NCBI GenBank assembly: GCA_017514105.1
Contig: JAFWKY010000015.1
Span: forward strand, 20,834 to 84,833
Source: Candidatus Saccharimonadota bacterium
GTDB lineage: Bacteria > Patescibacteriota > Saccharimonadia > Saccharimonadales > Saccharimonadaceae
DNA length: 64,000 nt
Reading direction: 5' to 3'
In this document: positions 16,738-26,679 of the stretch, piece after piece
Layout of the letters: every line of letters begins with the position of its first letter
Numbering within the stretch: the stretch's first letter is position 1
The notes under the pieces: generated by a model
Database searches by the model: none
Seen by the model: only the letters and a program-made list of their open reading frames with translations
What the model was told of the DNA's origin: nothing
Translations under genes and position numbers: made by a program

Positions 16738-17595
16738 TTAGAATCTGAATAATTGTTCTGCATTGTGAGTCGTTGCCTCCTCTATTATGTCAAATGAAAT
16801 GCTAAGTTTCGCAGATAGCCATTCGGCTATGTTGCGAATATAAGCACATTCATTAATTATACCACGAAATGGCACAGGTGTCAAGAACGGAGCGTCAGTT
16901 TCCAGCAAAATCCTCTCTAGTGGCGGGGTCGGCAAAGTAGAGTATGTTGCCATACCGTTTACGCCAACATAGAAATCTGTTTCATTCAAAATTCGTTTCA
17001 GATTTTTCTTGTTGTCAGAAAAACTATGCACCACTCCGCGCACCCCAGGAAAATTCGCCACTACTGGGAAAAAGTCGTCAAACGCCTCACGAACATGGAA
17101 CGACAGTGGCAAATCGTTATCAATCGCCAGCTGTAACATTTCTTCAAACAAACGTATTTGTGACTCACGATCATATCCCTCATAATGATAGTCTAGCCCT
17201 ACTTCACCGATAGCGATAGGAGATTGATTATAACTTTTTCGAATCATGCCATGATTTGAATTTTTGACACGTATATTCCTGCCGTGCCCGACAGGTTCGT
17301 CCCGAAGGGACGGTTCTGTCGGCGCACCAGTGTATGACGTGCTCAAAAATTCAAGTCTCGATGAGAAAAAGTTATAATCAATCTCCTTACTGTTCTCGGG
17401 ATGTATTCCGTACGTCCAGTACACATTCTCATGACGTGAAGCAAAATCACGCGCCGCAAGCGAGTCTTCGTGGTTAGTCCCAATGCAAATTATTTTTTCT
17501 ATTCCGTTTTTGCGCGCTCGCACCAACATCTCCTCCGCCTGTTCTTCCGTAAAGAACTCCCGGTCGTGCAGATGACAGTGGGTATCAATAAGCAT
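16738..17595 (-). CDS. tatD: TatD-family hydrolase/DNase with an in-frame palindromic insertion
   Basis: DTHCH, GIHP, IGEVGLDY, HVREA, VVHSF, ETDAPFL. Confidence 0.9.
   Translation of the reverse strand: MLIDTHCHLHDREFFTEEQAEEMLVRARKNGIEKIICIGTNHEDSLAARDFASRHENVYWTYGIHPENSKEIDYNFFSSRLEFLSTSYTGAPTEPSLRDEPVGHGRNIRVKNSNHGMIRKSYNQSPIAIGEVGLDYHYEGYDRESQIRLFEEMLQLAIDNDLPLSFHVREAFDDFFPVVANFPGVRGVVHSFSDNKKNLKRILNETDFYVGVNGMATYSTLPTPPLERILLETDAPFLTPVPFRGIINECAYIRNIAEWLSAKLSISFDIIEEATTHNAEQLFRF
17219..17386 (-). repeat. Palindromic element family B, copy 2 (in frame in tatD)
   Basis: Outer stem ggagattgattataactttttc...gaaaaagttataatcaatctcc; encodes RLEFLSTSYTGAPTEPSLRDEPVGHGRNIRVKNSN. Confidence 0.85.
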
Positions 17596-19408
17596 TGCGA
17601 TTCTCGCGCTTTCTCTTAATCGGATCCAACTGACGCTTGCGAAGTCGCAGTGATTTTGGCGTTACTTCAAGTAGTTCATCATCTAGCAAGAAATCCAAGC
17701 ATTGTTCGAGTGACAATTGAGTGTATGGCGTCAACTGAATTGCGCCGTCCGAGGCGTGAGTACGCATATTGGTGAGTTGCTTTTCCTTGCAGACATTAAT
17801 GTCCAAATCGTCCTTTTTGTTAGAAAGACCTACGATCATGCCCTGATAGACCGGCACTTGCGGCGGAATGTATAGAGTCCCGCGGGCTTGTGCCGCATCA
17901 AGCGCATAAGATGTAGAAACACCGTCTTCAAACGCGATCAAGGCGCCATTTCTCTCTGGTTTGTATTTCCCTTCCACTGGACGGTAGCCAGACGGGATGC
18001 TAGACATAATCACAGTGCCTTTGGTGGCAGTCAAAAGATTATTACGCAAGCCAATCAGCGCTGCGGTAGAGATTTCATAAACAAACCTAGTTGCGCCACT
18101 CGTTGTCAATTCTTGCGATTTTAGTTCTGCTTTGCGAATACCGAGTTCCTGGGATACTGCGCCTACGAATTCTGGCTCAACTTCCACGGTCAAAGATTCA
18201 ATTGGCTCTTGTGTCACACCGTCAATTTCGCGGTAAACCACTTCTGGACGGCCTGCTTCAAGTTCGTATCCTTCGCGGCGCATCGTTTCAATTAGCACAG
18301 AAAGGTGTAATTCGCCACGTCCAGACACCTTATAGCCAAGTCCGTCTGGCTCAATTTTGAGAGCAATGTTTGTCTCCAATTCTCGCTCTAGACGTTCAGC
18401 AATTTGGCGTGAAGTCGTAAATTCGCCTTCACGACCTTTGAGCGGTGAAGTATTTGGGCCAATATAGATAGAAAGCGTTGGTGCTTCCAATTCAATTGTT
18501 GGTAAGGCCTCCGGCTTGTCACCGGTCGCTATTGTATCGCCGATATTCGCCTCTGTGACGCCTGCAATTGCAACAATATCTCCAGCAATTGCCTCGTCAA
18601 CTTCTTCTTTGGAAAGCCCACGATAAGAGAATAAGCGCTCGATCTTCGCAGGATACATTTCATTCGTCCTCTGTAGCACTTTGACGCTTTGTCCCTTCTT
18701 GAGTTTCCCACGGAAAATTTTGCCGATACAATATTTGCCAAGATAATTATCCGCCGCAAGTGCCGCTACGAGCAGTTGCGCATTTGGATTATCTACATCT
18801 ACAGTTGGCGCCGGAATATCATTAATAATTGACTCAAAAATCACGTGCAAATCGTCATCTAGTTGAGTTGTGCGACCAGCCTTGCCCTCACGCGCGATTG
18901 CGTAATAGACCGGATAATTCAGTTGCGATTCGTCTGTCGCAAGTTCCAAGAACAAACTTTCTACCTCACTCAGCACTTCCTCAATGCGCGCAGCCGGCTT
19001 ATCAATCTTATTAATAATCACCACCGGTTTTAGTTTCAAATCTAGCGCCTTTTGCAAAACGAACTTCGTCTGAGGCATCGGGCCTTCTTGCGCATCGACA
19101 ATTAATAATACACCATCAGCCATGTTTAGCGTACGTTCAACCTCGCCAGAAAAATCAGCGTGTCCCGGAGTATCTATGATATTAATCTTGTACCCGTCAT
19201 AATATACGCAAGTCTGCTTTGCAGTAATCGTAATACCGCGTTCGTGCTCTTGGTCCATTGAGTCCATAATTAGTGTCTGCGACATTTCTGCTTGATTATC
19301 ACGAAACGTATGAGATTGCTTCAAAAGCCCATCCACCAAGGTGGTTTTGCCATGATCAACGTGTGCAATAATCGCTACGTTCCTAATTTTATCTTTATTC
19401 AAAGTCAT
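17585..19408 (-). CDS. typA: Translational GTPase TypA/BipA
   Basis: [45 protein letters not shown]; start reset to 19408. Confidence 0.95.
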   Translation of the reverse strand: MTLNKDKIRNVAIIAHVDHGKTTLVDGLLKQSHTFRDNQAEMSQTLIMDSMDQEHERGITITAKQTCVYYDGYKINIIDTPGHADFSGEVERTLNMADGVLLIVDAQEGPMPQTKFVLQKALDLKLKPVVIINKIDKPAARIEEVLSEVESLFLELATDESQLNYPVYYAIAREGKAGRTTQLDDDLHVIFESIINDIPAPTVDVDNPNAQLLVAALAADNYLGKYCIGKIFRGKLKKGQSVKVLQRTNEMYPAKIERLFSYRGLSKEEVDEAIAGDIVAIAGVTEANIGDTIATGDKPEALPTIELEAPTLSIYIGPNTSPLKGREGEFTTSRQIAERLERELETNIALKIEPDGLGYKVSGRGELHLSVLIETMRREGYELEAGRPEVVYREIDGVTQEPIESLTVEVEPEFVGAVSQELGIRKAELKSQELTTSGATRFVYEISTAALIGLRNNLLTATKGTVIMSSIPSGYRPVEGKYKPERNGALIAFEDGVSTSYALDAAQARGTLYIPPQVPVYQGMIVGLSNKKDDLDINVCKEKQLTNMRTHASDGAIQLTPYTQLSLEQCLDFLLDDELLEVTPKSLRLRKRQLDPIKRKRENRNAY

Positions 19409-19453
19409 GACGATAATTATATCACGAAAACGCTTTAAAGTCCAGAGACAAAC

Positions 19454-19482
19454 TTGACATTTATGATATTTAGTGGTATAAT
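19454..19482 (+). promoter_or_regulatory. Consensus sigma70 promoter
   Basis: TTGACA-17 nt-TATAAT with TG extension. Confidence 0.75.
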
Positions 19483-19492
19483 GAAAGTATAT

Positions 19493-19699
19493 ATGGCTAA
19501 CAGAAATAAACACCTCAGTCCCAACCAAATTTACGAACCAAAACGTTGCTGGGTCGGTGACGTACACAAAATTTGTTATGACTCGCGTGAAGATGCCGAG
19601 GCAGCCGCACGTGTTGCTGAGTACGACCACCATATCGCGGGCCATTTAAATGTCTACAAATGTGAATACGGCAACCACTGGCACCTGAGTTCTAAATAG
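19493..19699 (+). CDS. Small Cys/His-containing hypothetical protein
   Basis: Follows a consensus promoter; C..C..YKCEYGNHWHL motif. Confidence 0.65.
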   Translation: MANRNKHLSPNQIYEPKRCWVGDVHKICYDSREDAEAAARVAEYDHHIAGHLNVYKCEYGNHWHLSSK

Positions 19700-21422
19700 C
19701 GCCCGTATCTGGAGTTTTTGGAATTACCATCTCTTCGCCATTGTGACCACTATCGAGAGAAACATTGACCGTCTGTCCTCTGCGGTTATTTTTTAGTGGT
19801 ATCAGCGAAATAGTATTTTCGCGCGACAGGTCCAAACCCCCAATTTCTATTTCGCTTCCATCCATCATGCCGGACGGCACTTCATTCACTATCAGCATCA
19901 CGCTATCGCCATTTGTTTCAATAGTCAATTTCACACCGTCGTTAGTAATAATCTGATTTTTAATTTCTAGGTATGGCAACTCTACTTCGCCGTCTTCTTC
20001 TATAACGTGAGGCAAACTGTCAGAGCGATTCATAATTGTTTCGGTCAAGAAACTCAAATCATCCGCCGAATCTACCACCATACCATCAGTGGCGTTCGCT
20101 AGCGAACTGAGTTCATCTATTTTTTCGCCCAGAGTGATGATGTAAAAATTGACCGGATCAATTTCCTGGCTTAGTTTCTTTACGTCATAGAAAGTTACAC
20201 CGTCAATATCTGGCGAATGATACGAGGCATCAGTCAAAACTACAAGCGATTTAGTAGAGCAAACTCGCCACTTTAATTCTCTCATGACCGAGAAAGACGC
20301 AGAAAGTAGCGACTCCGGATCGTCTCTACCATTCATCAAGCGAAGATTGTCGAGTTCTTGCTCAATTATTTCTAGCGTACAAGTTTCAAAATCGCAGTGC
20401 TGTACTGGATTATATGATTCCTGCAAATCGCGGTAGTCATACAATGCCACGCGTCCGCCCGCCGCAAAAGTTTTCCGCGCTAGATTTAAGGCCTCATTGT
20501 GATATTTCGCAAACAAACTAGCCATTGAGCCAGTTGAATCTATCAAAATCGCCGTATCGTGTGCGTTGTAATATCTGTCCTTTACCGCGAAAGCGTCTGC
20601 GATTTTTGCACTGATGATTTTTGAAGCATCTTCATAGAGATTATCCGAGGTGTATGCCAGATGACTATTCAAGTCAAAATACGAACTACAAAAAATGTCA
20701 TACTTATTGCACCACGTTCCAACTTTTCCCGCAAAAACTGCCGGCTCATACGGACGATAAGAACCGAGCAATCCCTCATAGGCGCGACAGTCTGGTACAT
20801 ATGCGCGGTAGTCTGATAAGTTTTCACCCCGACAAGCCGCCGGAATCCATCCTTCGCCTTCTGGCAAATATAGTTTTGGGTCGCCAAACGTCGCCGCATA
20901 GATTACTTTATCGGCGTCAATATTGTGTAGGGATTTTGAAACCACCATCGCACCCTGCGAATAGCCGGCCAACACATATTTCGTATTTACGCATTCACGA
21001 TTAACGATTCTCGTCATTTCAGTAACGCCCGCGTCTACGCTTGCACCAAATTCGTAAGAATCGCCACCACCAAAATAGGCGCCGAGCACGCTCCAGATAT
21101 TATCTATATTCATACCTATCGCTGGATAGTCCAAATCTAGAAAATCATACGAAATGCCATAATCTTTGATTTTTGCATCAACCGCATCGCGAAAAGTTAA
21201 ATAATTTTCGTCAGTCCACCGTTCCCCTCCCGAACCACGTGCGAAAACTATTTTCAGTTCCGGACATTTTTCTGCCGAACTCTGCATCGGTAACGCAAAC
21301 GGTAACGACCCGCCAATCACTATTCCAGCAATCGCCAAAAACCGCAATCTAATCTTCACTTTTTTACTATTTCCGCGTGCTTTTCTGACGCGGATTTTAT
21401 GCCAAATTTTTCCTGGCATCAC
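19692..21422 (-). CDS. Secreted cutinase-family hydrolase fused to a VWA domain
   Basis: TM/signal, FARGS, GYSQG, TFGDP, CNKYDIFC; MIDAS DSTGS and LTDA; ends PKTPDTG. Confidence 0.8.
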   Translation of the reverse strand: MMPGKIWHKIRVRKARGNSKKVKIRLRFLAIAGIVIGGSLPFALPMQSSAEKCPELKIVFARGSGGERWTDENYLTFRDAVDAKIKDYGISYDFLDLDYPAIGMNIDNIWSVLGAYFGGGDSYEFGASVDAGVTEMTRIVNRECVNTKYVLAGYSQGAMVVSKSLHNIDADKVIYAATFGDPKLYLPEGEGWIPAACRGENLSDYRAYVPDCRAYEGLLGSYRPYEPAVFAGKVGTWCNKYDIFCSSYFDLNSHLAYTSDNLYEDASKIISAKIADAFAVKDRYYNAHDTAILIDSTGSMASLFAKYHNEALNLARKTFAAGGRVALYDYRDLQESYNPVQHCDFETCTLEIIEQELDNLRLMNGRDDPESLLSASFSVMRELKWRVCSTKSLVVLTDASYHSPDIDGVTFYDVKKLSQEIDPVNFYIITLGEKIDELSSLANATDGMVVDSADDLSFLTETIMNRSDSLPHVIEEDGEVELPYLEIKNQIITNDGVKLTIETNGDSVMLIVNEVPSGMMDGSEIEIGGLDLSRENTISLIPLKNNRRGQTVNVSLDSGHNGEEMVIPKTPDTGAI

Positions 21423-21528
21423 ACACTCCTTTCATTTTTTAATTTGTGCAGAATTATAGTCATAGGTCACGAAAAAAATCAACCCCCCACCCTCTTTTCG
21501 TGCTATAATAGAGAGAATTGGAGGTTTT

Positions 21529-22077
21529 ATGGACAAGAAACAACACGAGTGGGACGAATACTTTATGAAAATTGCCGAAACGGTTGCGGTAAAATCTAAA
21601 GACCCTTCGTCCAAAATGGGCTGCGTAATTGTAGACCAAAACAAGCGCGTAGTTTCGCTCGGCTACAACGGTATGATTCAAGGCGCTGACGAGTCAAAAA
21701 TGACGCTCAGCGAGCGTCCAATGAAGTATTATTTTGCAATACATTCTGAAATGAATGCGTTGATTTTTGCCAAACGCGACCTCGCCGGCTGCACAGTTTA
21801 TAATCGTGTTGCTACTTGTGAAAACTGTCTCAAATATTGTCTACAAGCCGGCATCAAACGCTTCGTTTACAAAGAACTGCGTGTCCATTCTCATTCTTCC
21901 GACCCGAAGCATTCAATGACGAATGTGGAAACGGACGAAGCCATCATCCGTTTACTCACTTCGGTGCCGGAAGTGGAAACTCTTAATCTCGCGAACGGCA
22001 AAACTTATGTGGAGGATATTCTGTCGTCGTACGATAAAAGTTCTGCAGAGTATAAGCGTTTATCGCAATGGATTTAA
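21529..22077 (+). CDS. dCMP deaminase / ComEB family
   Basis: WDEYFM, SKDPS, GYNG, HSEMNA, CENC. Confidence 0.9.
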   Translation: MDKKQHEWDEYFMKIAETVAVKSKDPSSKMGCVIVDQNKRVVSLGYNGMIQGADESKMTLSERPMKYYFAIHSEMNALIFAKRDLAGCTVYNRVATCENCLKYCLQAGIKRFVYKELRVHSHSSDPKHSMTNVETDEAIIRLLTSVPEVETLNLANGKTYVEDILSSYDKSSAEYKRLSQWI

Positions 22078-22391
22078 TTTTTCTTTCTTGTAAAGAAAAT
22101 CGTGAGACATACCGCAACGGCGGACAAAATCATCACGCCAGAAATAATGCTGGTTGCCACCATCGGCACTAGCCATGGGTCGCTCTCTGTTGCTACGGTT
22201 GTCGTGGTCATCTCTCCCGGGAAACCACCGCCCATCGGGCCGGCCATCATGCCATTCTCTTCCATGTTTTCCGGCATTTCTGGTCGTGTTGCGTCAAGCG
22301 TGTCGCTGGAATCCGAATTTGTGTTTTCATCCGTCGCGACCTGGCGCGTATTATTTTTTGCAATTTGTTCTGTATTATTAGTATCTTCCAT
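22074..22391 (-). CDS. Small acidic protein with C-terminal TM anchor
   Basis: SD AGGAG; TM helix followed by RKKN. Confidence 0.6.
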   Translation of the reverse strand: MEDTNNTEQIAKNNTRQVATDENTNSDSSDTLDATRPEMPENMEENGMMAGPMGGGFPGEMTTTTVATESDPWLVPMVATSIISGVMILSAVAVCLTIFFTRKKN

Positions 22392-22478
22392 ATTTCTCCT
22401 TATGAACTAATTTTATAACTTCAACCTTAAAACAAACTAAAACCTTAAAATATTTGTTTAATATCATATAATATATAT

Positions 22479-23126
22479 ATGCACGATAGTTGGAAACCGT
22501 TTTTAAAGTCAGAATTTGACAAGCCATATTTCAAAGAGTTGTCTGCTTTTCTGCATTCTGAATATGAACAAAAAGTTATTTATCCCAAAAAATCTTTGGT
22601 ATTTTCAGCTTTTGCGACAGATTTAAACGAAGTAAAAGTTGTAATTCTTGGCCAGGATCCATATCATACGCCCGGTGCGGCAGAAGGTCTGGCATTTTCT
22701 GTCCCAAATTCGCAACCCATTCCGCCATCACTTGTGAATATCTATAAAGAAATAGACAATGACATTGGCGGTCACGCAAACAAAACTGGCAGTCTGCGCA
22801 ACTGGCAAAAACAAGGTGTTTTATTACTTAATACAGTTTTGACGGTTGAGGCGCACAAGGCCGGTTCGCACCGCGGCAAAGGTTGGGAAACCTTTACGAC
22901 CGAAGTCATCAAATATTTAAATGAAACTCGTCCACATCTAGTCTTTATCTTGTGGGGTCGCGATGCACGCAACAAAAAATCACTGATCGATCAGACTAAA
23001 CACCTAGTCTTGGAATCGCCGCACCCTTCGCCGCTTTCAGCCTACGCCGGATTTTTTGGCAACCATCATTTCAGTCGCACCAATGAATTCCTGCGTCAAA
23101 ACGGCATGACCGAAATTGTTTGGTAG
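22479..23126 (+). CDS. ung: Uracil-DNA glycosylase family 1
   Basis: GQDPYH, LLLNTVLTV, HPSPLS. Confidence 0.95.
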   Translation: MHDSWKPFLKSEFDKPYFKELSAFLHSEYEQKVIYPKKSLVFSAFATDLNEVKVVILGQDPYHTPGAAEGLAFSVPNSQPIPPSLVNIYKEIDNDIGGHANKTGSLRNWQKQGVLLLNTVLTVEAHKAGSHRGKGWETFTTEVIKYLNETRPHLVFILWGRDARNKKSLIDQTKHLVLESPHPSPLSAYAGFFGNHHFSRTNEFLRQNGMTEIVW

Positions 23127-23129
23127 GTT

Positions 23130-24902
23130 TTAGTTCTCCGCGAACTGCGAATTGTATAGTTCCGCGTAAAAACCTTTTTTGCGCAGTAGTTGTTCATGAT
23201 TTCCTTGTTCTACGATATTACCGTTGCGCATTACTAGAATCAAATCTGAATTGCGAATTGTAGACAACCGGTGCGCAATTACGAATGAAGTGCGATTTTT
23301 GGTCAACTTCTCAAAAGAATCTTGAATTAGTTGTTCTGTACGCGTGTCCACATTAGAAGTTGCCTCATCCAGAATCATCATTGGCGGGTCAGCCACCATT
23401 GCGCGCGCGATAGTAATAAGTTGTTTTTCGCCTGCAGAAATATTATCCGAGTCTTCCGAAATCATGGTTTTGTAATTGTTCGGCAATGCTTCAATTATGT
23501 GATGCACATTGCTTGCCTTCGCGGCTTGCTTGATTTGCTCTATCGTTGCAGATTTGTTGCCGTAACGTAAGTTTTCCTCTACCGTCCCGCTAAATAGCCA
23601 GGTATCTTGGAGAACCATACCGAAAAGCGAACGCACGTCTGCGCGCTTCATTTCTCGTGTTGGCACGCCATCCACCGTAATATATCCAGAGTTTGGCTCG
23701 TAGAAACGCATCAGCAAGTTAATAATAGTTGTCTTTCCGGCACCAGTCGGGCCGACAATCGCCACCTTCATCCCAGGCTCTACTTTGACCGAGAAATTCT
23801 TAATTACCGGAGTATCTTTAATATAACTAAACGATACATCATGGAATTCTACCGCACCTTTTACTTTTGCTATCGTTCGTGAATCTTCATAGTCTGGATC
23901 TTCCTCGGTTTCACCTAAGAACTCAAAAATTCTCTCACTTGCAGCCAACAGCGACTGAATCGTAGATGTCGTTGATGCGATTTCTGTAATCGGGCGATTA
24001 AATCTAGTGACGTATTGGATAAAGGCCTGGATACTACCGATATTTATCACCCCGTCCAATACAAATTTACCACCAAGCACACAAATCGCTACATAACTAA
24101 GATTCGTAAAAATATGTGTGACCGGGAACGAAAGCGAAGAGAAAATCTGTGCTTTCATGGCGGCTTTGGTGAGTTTTTCGTTTGTCGCACCAAAATCCGC
24201 TGTAGCGCGTGGCTCATAAGAGTTGGATTTGATTACGACCTGTCCGGAATAATCCTCTTCAATTTTGCTATTCAAAACCCCTAAGGTATTCTGTTGTTCG
24301 CGGAAGTACTTTTGTGCAAAACTTGTAATTCGTCCTACTACCACCACCGAGAGCGGCACCGCCACAAATGCTACAATTGATAGCGGAACGCTGATGATTA
24401 ACATAATAATCATTGTACCAATTAGCGTAGTCAGACTCAGCGAGATGTCTGCTATTTCCTGCGACATAGATGTAGTCAGAACGTCCACGTCGTTCGTCAT
24501 TCGCGACAAAGTATCACCATATTTATGTTTATCAAAATAAGAAATTGGCAAACGTGAGATTTTTGCAAGTATCTGTTCGCGCAAAGATTTTGTGTATTTT
24601 GCCGAAACCACAGCTAGAATGTATGCCTGACCATAGTTTAGAATGGCTGAAGCAACAAACAGAACAATTGCTAATATGGCTTTACTACCAAGCATTGCCC
24701 AGTCCATATCCGGATAAGTCGCCACGGCAATGTTGGTCATATCGCCTAGAATAATCGGGGTGAATAGTCCCATTACTGACGACCCAACCGCCAAGACAAC
24801 TGAAACGATAATTGCAAAGGCGTAAGGTTTAATCGAATGCGCGAACTTTGACCACGCCAGTTTTGAATTCTTTGCCTTCATTGTTGGTGTATCATTATGC
24901 AT
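23130..24902 (-). CDS. ABC exporter subunit (TMD+NBD), one half of a heterodimer
   Basis: GPTGAGKTT, ISAGEKQ, ILDEATS. Confidence 0.9.
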   Translation of the reverse strand: MHNDTPTMKAKNSKLAWSKFAHSIKPYAFAIIVSVVLAVGSSVMGLFTPIILGDMTNIAVATYPDMDWAMLGSKAILAIVLFVASAILNYGQAYILAVVSAKYTKSLREQILAKISRLPISYFDKHKYGDTLSRMTNDVDVLTTSMSQEIADISLSLTTLIGTMIIMLIISVPLSIVAFVAVPLSVVVVGRITSFAQKYFREQQNTLGVLNSKIEEDYSGQVVIKSNSYEPRATADFGATNEKLTKAAMKAQIFSSLSFPVTHIFTNLSYVAICVLGGKFVLDGVINIGSIQAFIQYVTRFNRPITEIASTTSTIQSLLAASERIFEFLGETEEDPDYEDSRTIAKVKGAVEFHDVSFSYIKDTPVIKNFSVKVEPGMKVAIVGPTGAGKTTIINLLMRFYEPNSGYITVDGVPTREMKRADVRSLFGMVLQDTWLFSGTVEENLRYGNKSATIEQIKQAAKASNVHHIIEALPNNYKTMISEDSDNISAGEKQLITIARAMVADPPMMILDEATSNVDTRTEQLIQDSFEKLTKNRTSFVIAHRLSTIRNSDLILVMRNGNIVEQGNHEQLLRKKGFYAELYNSQFAEN

Positions 24903-26661
24903 TACTCACCTCCTTTTCTGCTTTTGCCAACTCAGACTTGAACTCTTTATCCGACAGTTGTGACTGTACAATACTCTGATAAATCGGACAGTTCAGCACG
25001 AGTTCGTAGTGTCTGCCTTTGCCAACCACCTTGCCGTTGTCTAAAACTACAATTTGATCAGCATCTTTAATCGTGGAAACGCGTTGTGCTACTATTAATA
25101 CTACCGCATCGCCAGTTACTTCTTTCAAGGCTTCGCGCAACTTTGCATCAGTTTTCATATCTAATGCCGAGAAGGAATCGTCAAAGATAAATATGTCTGG
25201 CTTTTTGCAGATGGCCCTCGCGATAGACAAACGTTGTTTTTGCCCGCCGGATACGTTCGTGCCACCTTGCGCAATGTGTGATTTGTATTTGTCTGGTAAT
25301 CTTTCAATAAAATCTTTCGCTTGTGCTATCGTTGCAGCCTTTTTTACGTCCTCCAGACTTGCATTTGGCGCGCCAAATCTGATGTTTGACGCTATCGTCC
25401 CTGCAAACAACACGCCGCGTTGAGGCACTAGGCCGATTCTACCCATCAAATCGTCCTGTGAGAAATCACGAATATTCAGTCCGTCAATCAATATATTGCC
25501 GTCTGTCGCTTCGTAAAATCTCGGCACAAGATTTATCAAAGTGGATTTACCAGAACCAGTAGAACCAATAAATGCTGTGGTTTCGCCAGCGACCGCTTTG
25601 AAGGAGACTTTACTCAGCACTTTCTCGGCCGCATCCGGATAACAAAAGTCTACGTTCTTGAATTCCACCGAAGCCTTCTTTTCTGGCATTCCGACGGTAG
25701 ATTTTTTCCAGTGAATTTTGTTCGGAGTTTTTAATACTTGATTAATTCTCTCTGCCGATACGTTAGCGCGCGGCAACATCACGAACAGCATAGAGAGCAT
25801 CAAGAAAGATAACATAACGTTGCTCACATATTGCGCGAATGCTGTCATATTACCAAGATATGAATAATCTTTTGTGAGTAACGAAATGCCCACCCATGAA
25901 CACAGCAAAGCCGTACCGTTAAATATGATATTGATCAACGGGTTTGTTAATTCCATTAATTTATCAATAAAAATCAAAAGTCTTGTTAATTCGTCATTGG
26001 TCTTGTCAAATTTTTTCGTCTCAATTTCTTGATTATTAAATGCACGAATCACGCGAAGTCCTGTCAAGTTCTCGCGCGTAAGCAAAGTAATACGGTCAAT
26101 AAGTTTTTGGAATAATTTAAATTTTGGAATTACCAACGCCATAATTGTAATTACGACAAACAGAATTGCAACAACGCCAATTGCGATTATCCAGCTCATG
26201 TCAGGCGCAGTTTGTATCGCCATCACTAATGCTATAATACAAAACAACGGCGCCCTCAACATCATTGAAAGCATCATCGTAATTACTGACTGAACCTGAT
26301 TAACGTCATTAGTCGTGCGAGTAATCAAAGATGCCGTACTGTAATTCTTTGTATCGGAAAGATTAAAAGAAAGCACCTTGGAAAACACACTTGCGCGCAA
26401 ATCGCGTGAAAAATATGCACCAACTCTCGCCGAGAAAAAACTCGCCACAAAAGAAGCAACTGCAGAAACTAATACCAACGCAATCATTATTCCGCCGCTC
26501 CTCCAAATAGAGTCCATATCGCCCATCACGATGCCGTGATTAATAATGTCTGCCATTATAGCAGGCAATTGCAAAGTAGTATAAACCTGCACAGCAGTGG
26601 CCAAAAGGAGCAAGATGACTTGCCACCAATAAGGCTTCAAATATCTCAAGAGTTTAAACAT
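24895..26661 (-). CDS. ABC exporter subunit (TMD+NBD), degenerate-site half
   Basis: GSTGSGKST, VSGGQKQ, FDDSFS. Confidence 0.9.
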   Translation of the reverse strand: MFKLLRYLKPYWWQVILLLLATAVQVYTTLQLPAIMADIINHGIVMGDMDSIWRSGGIMIALVLVSAVASFVASFFSARVGAYFSRDLRASVFSKVLSFNLSDTKNYSTASLITRTTNDVNQVQSVITMMLSMMLRAPLFCIIALVMAIQTAPDMSWIIAIGVVAILFVVITIMALVIPKFKLFQKLIDRITLLTRENLTGLRVIRAFNNQEIETKKFDKTNDELTRLLIFIDKLMELTNPLINIIFNGTALLCSWVGISLLTKDYSYLGNMTAFAQYVSNVMLSFLMLSMLFVMLPRANVSAERINQVLKTPNKIHWKKSTVGMPEKKASVEFKNVDFCYPDAAEKVLSKVSFKAVAGETTAFIGSTGSGKSTLINLVPRFYEATDGNILIDGLNIRDFSQDDLMGRIGLVPQRGVLFAGTIASNIRFGAPNASLEDVKKAATIAQAKDFIERLPDKYKSHIAQGGTNVSGGQKQRLSIARAICKKPDIFIFDDSFSALDMKTDAKLREALKEVTGDAVVLIVAQRVSTIKDADQIVVLDNGKVVGKGRHYELVLNCPIYQSIVQSQLSDKEFKSELAKAEKEVSNA

Positions 26662-26679
26662 ATATTTAATTATACCAAC

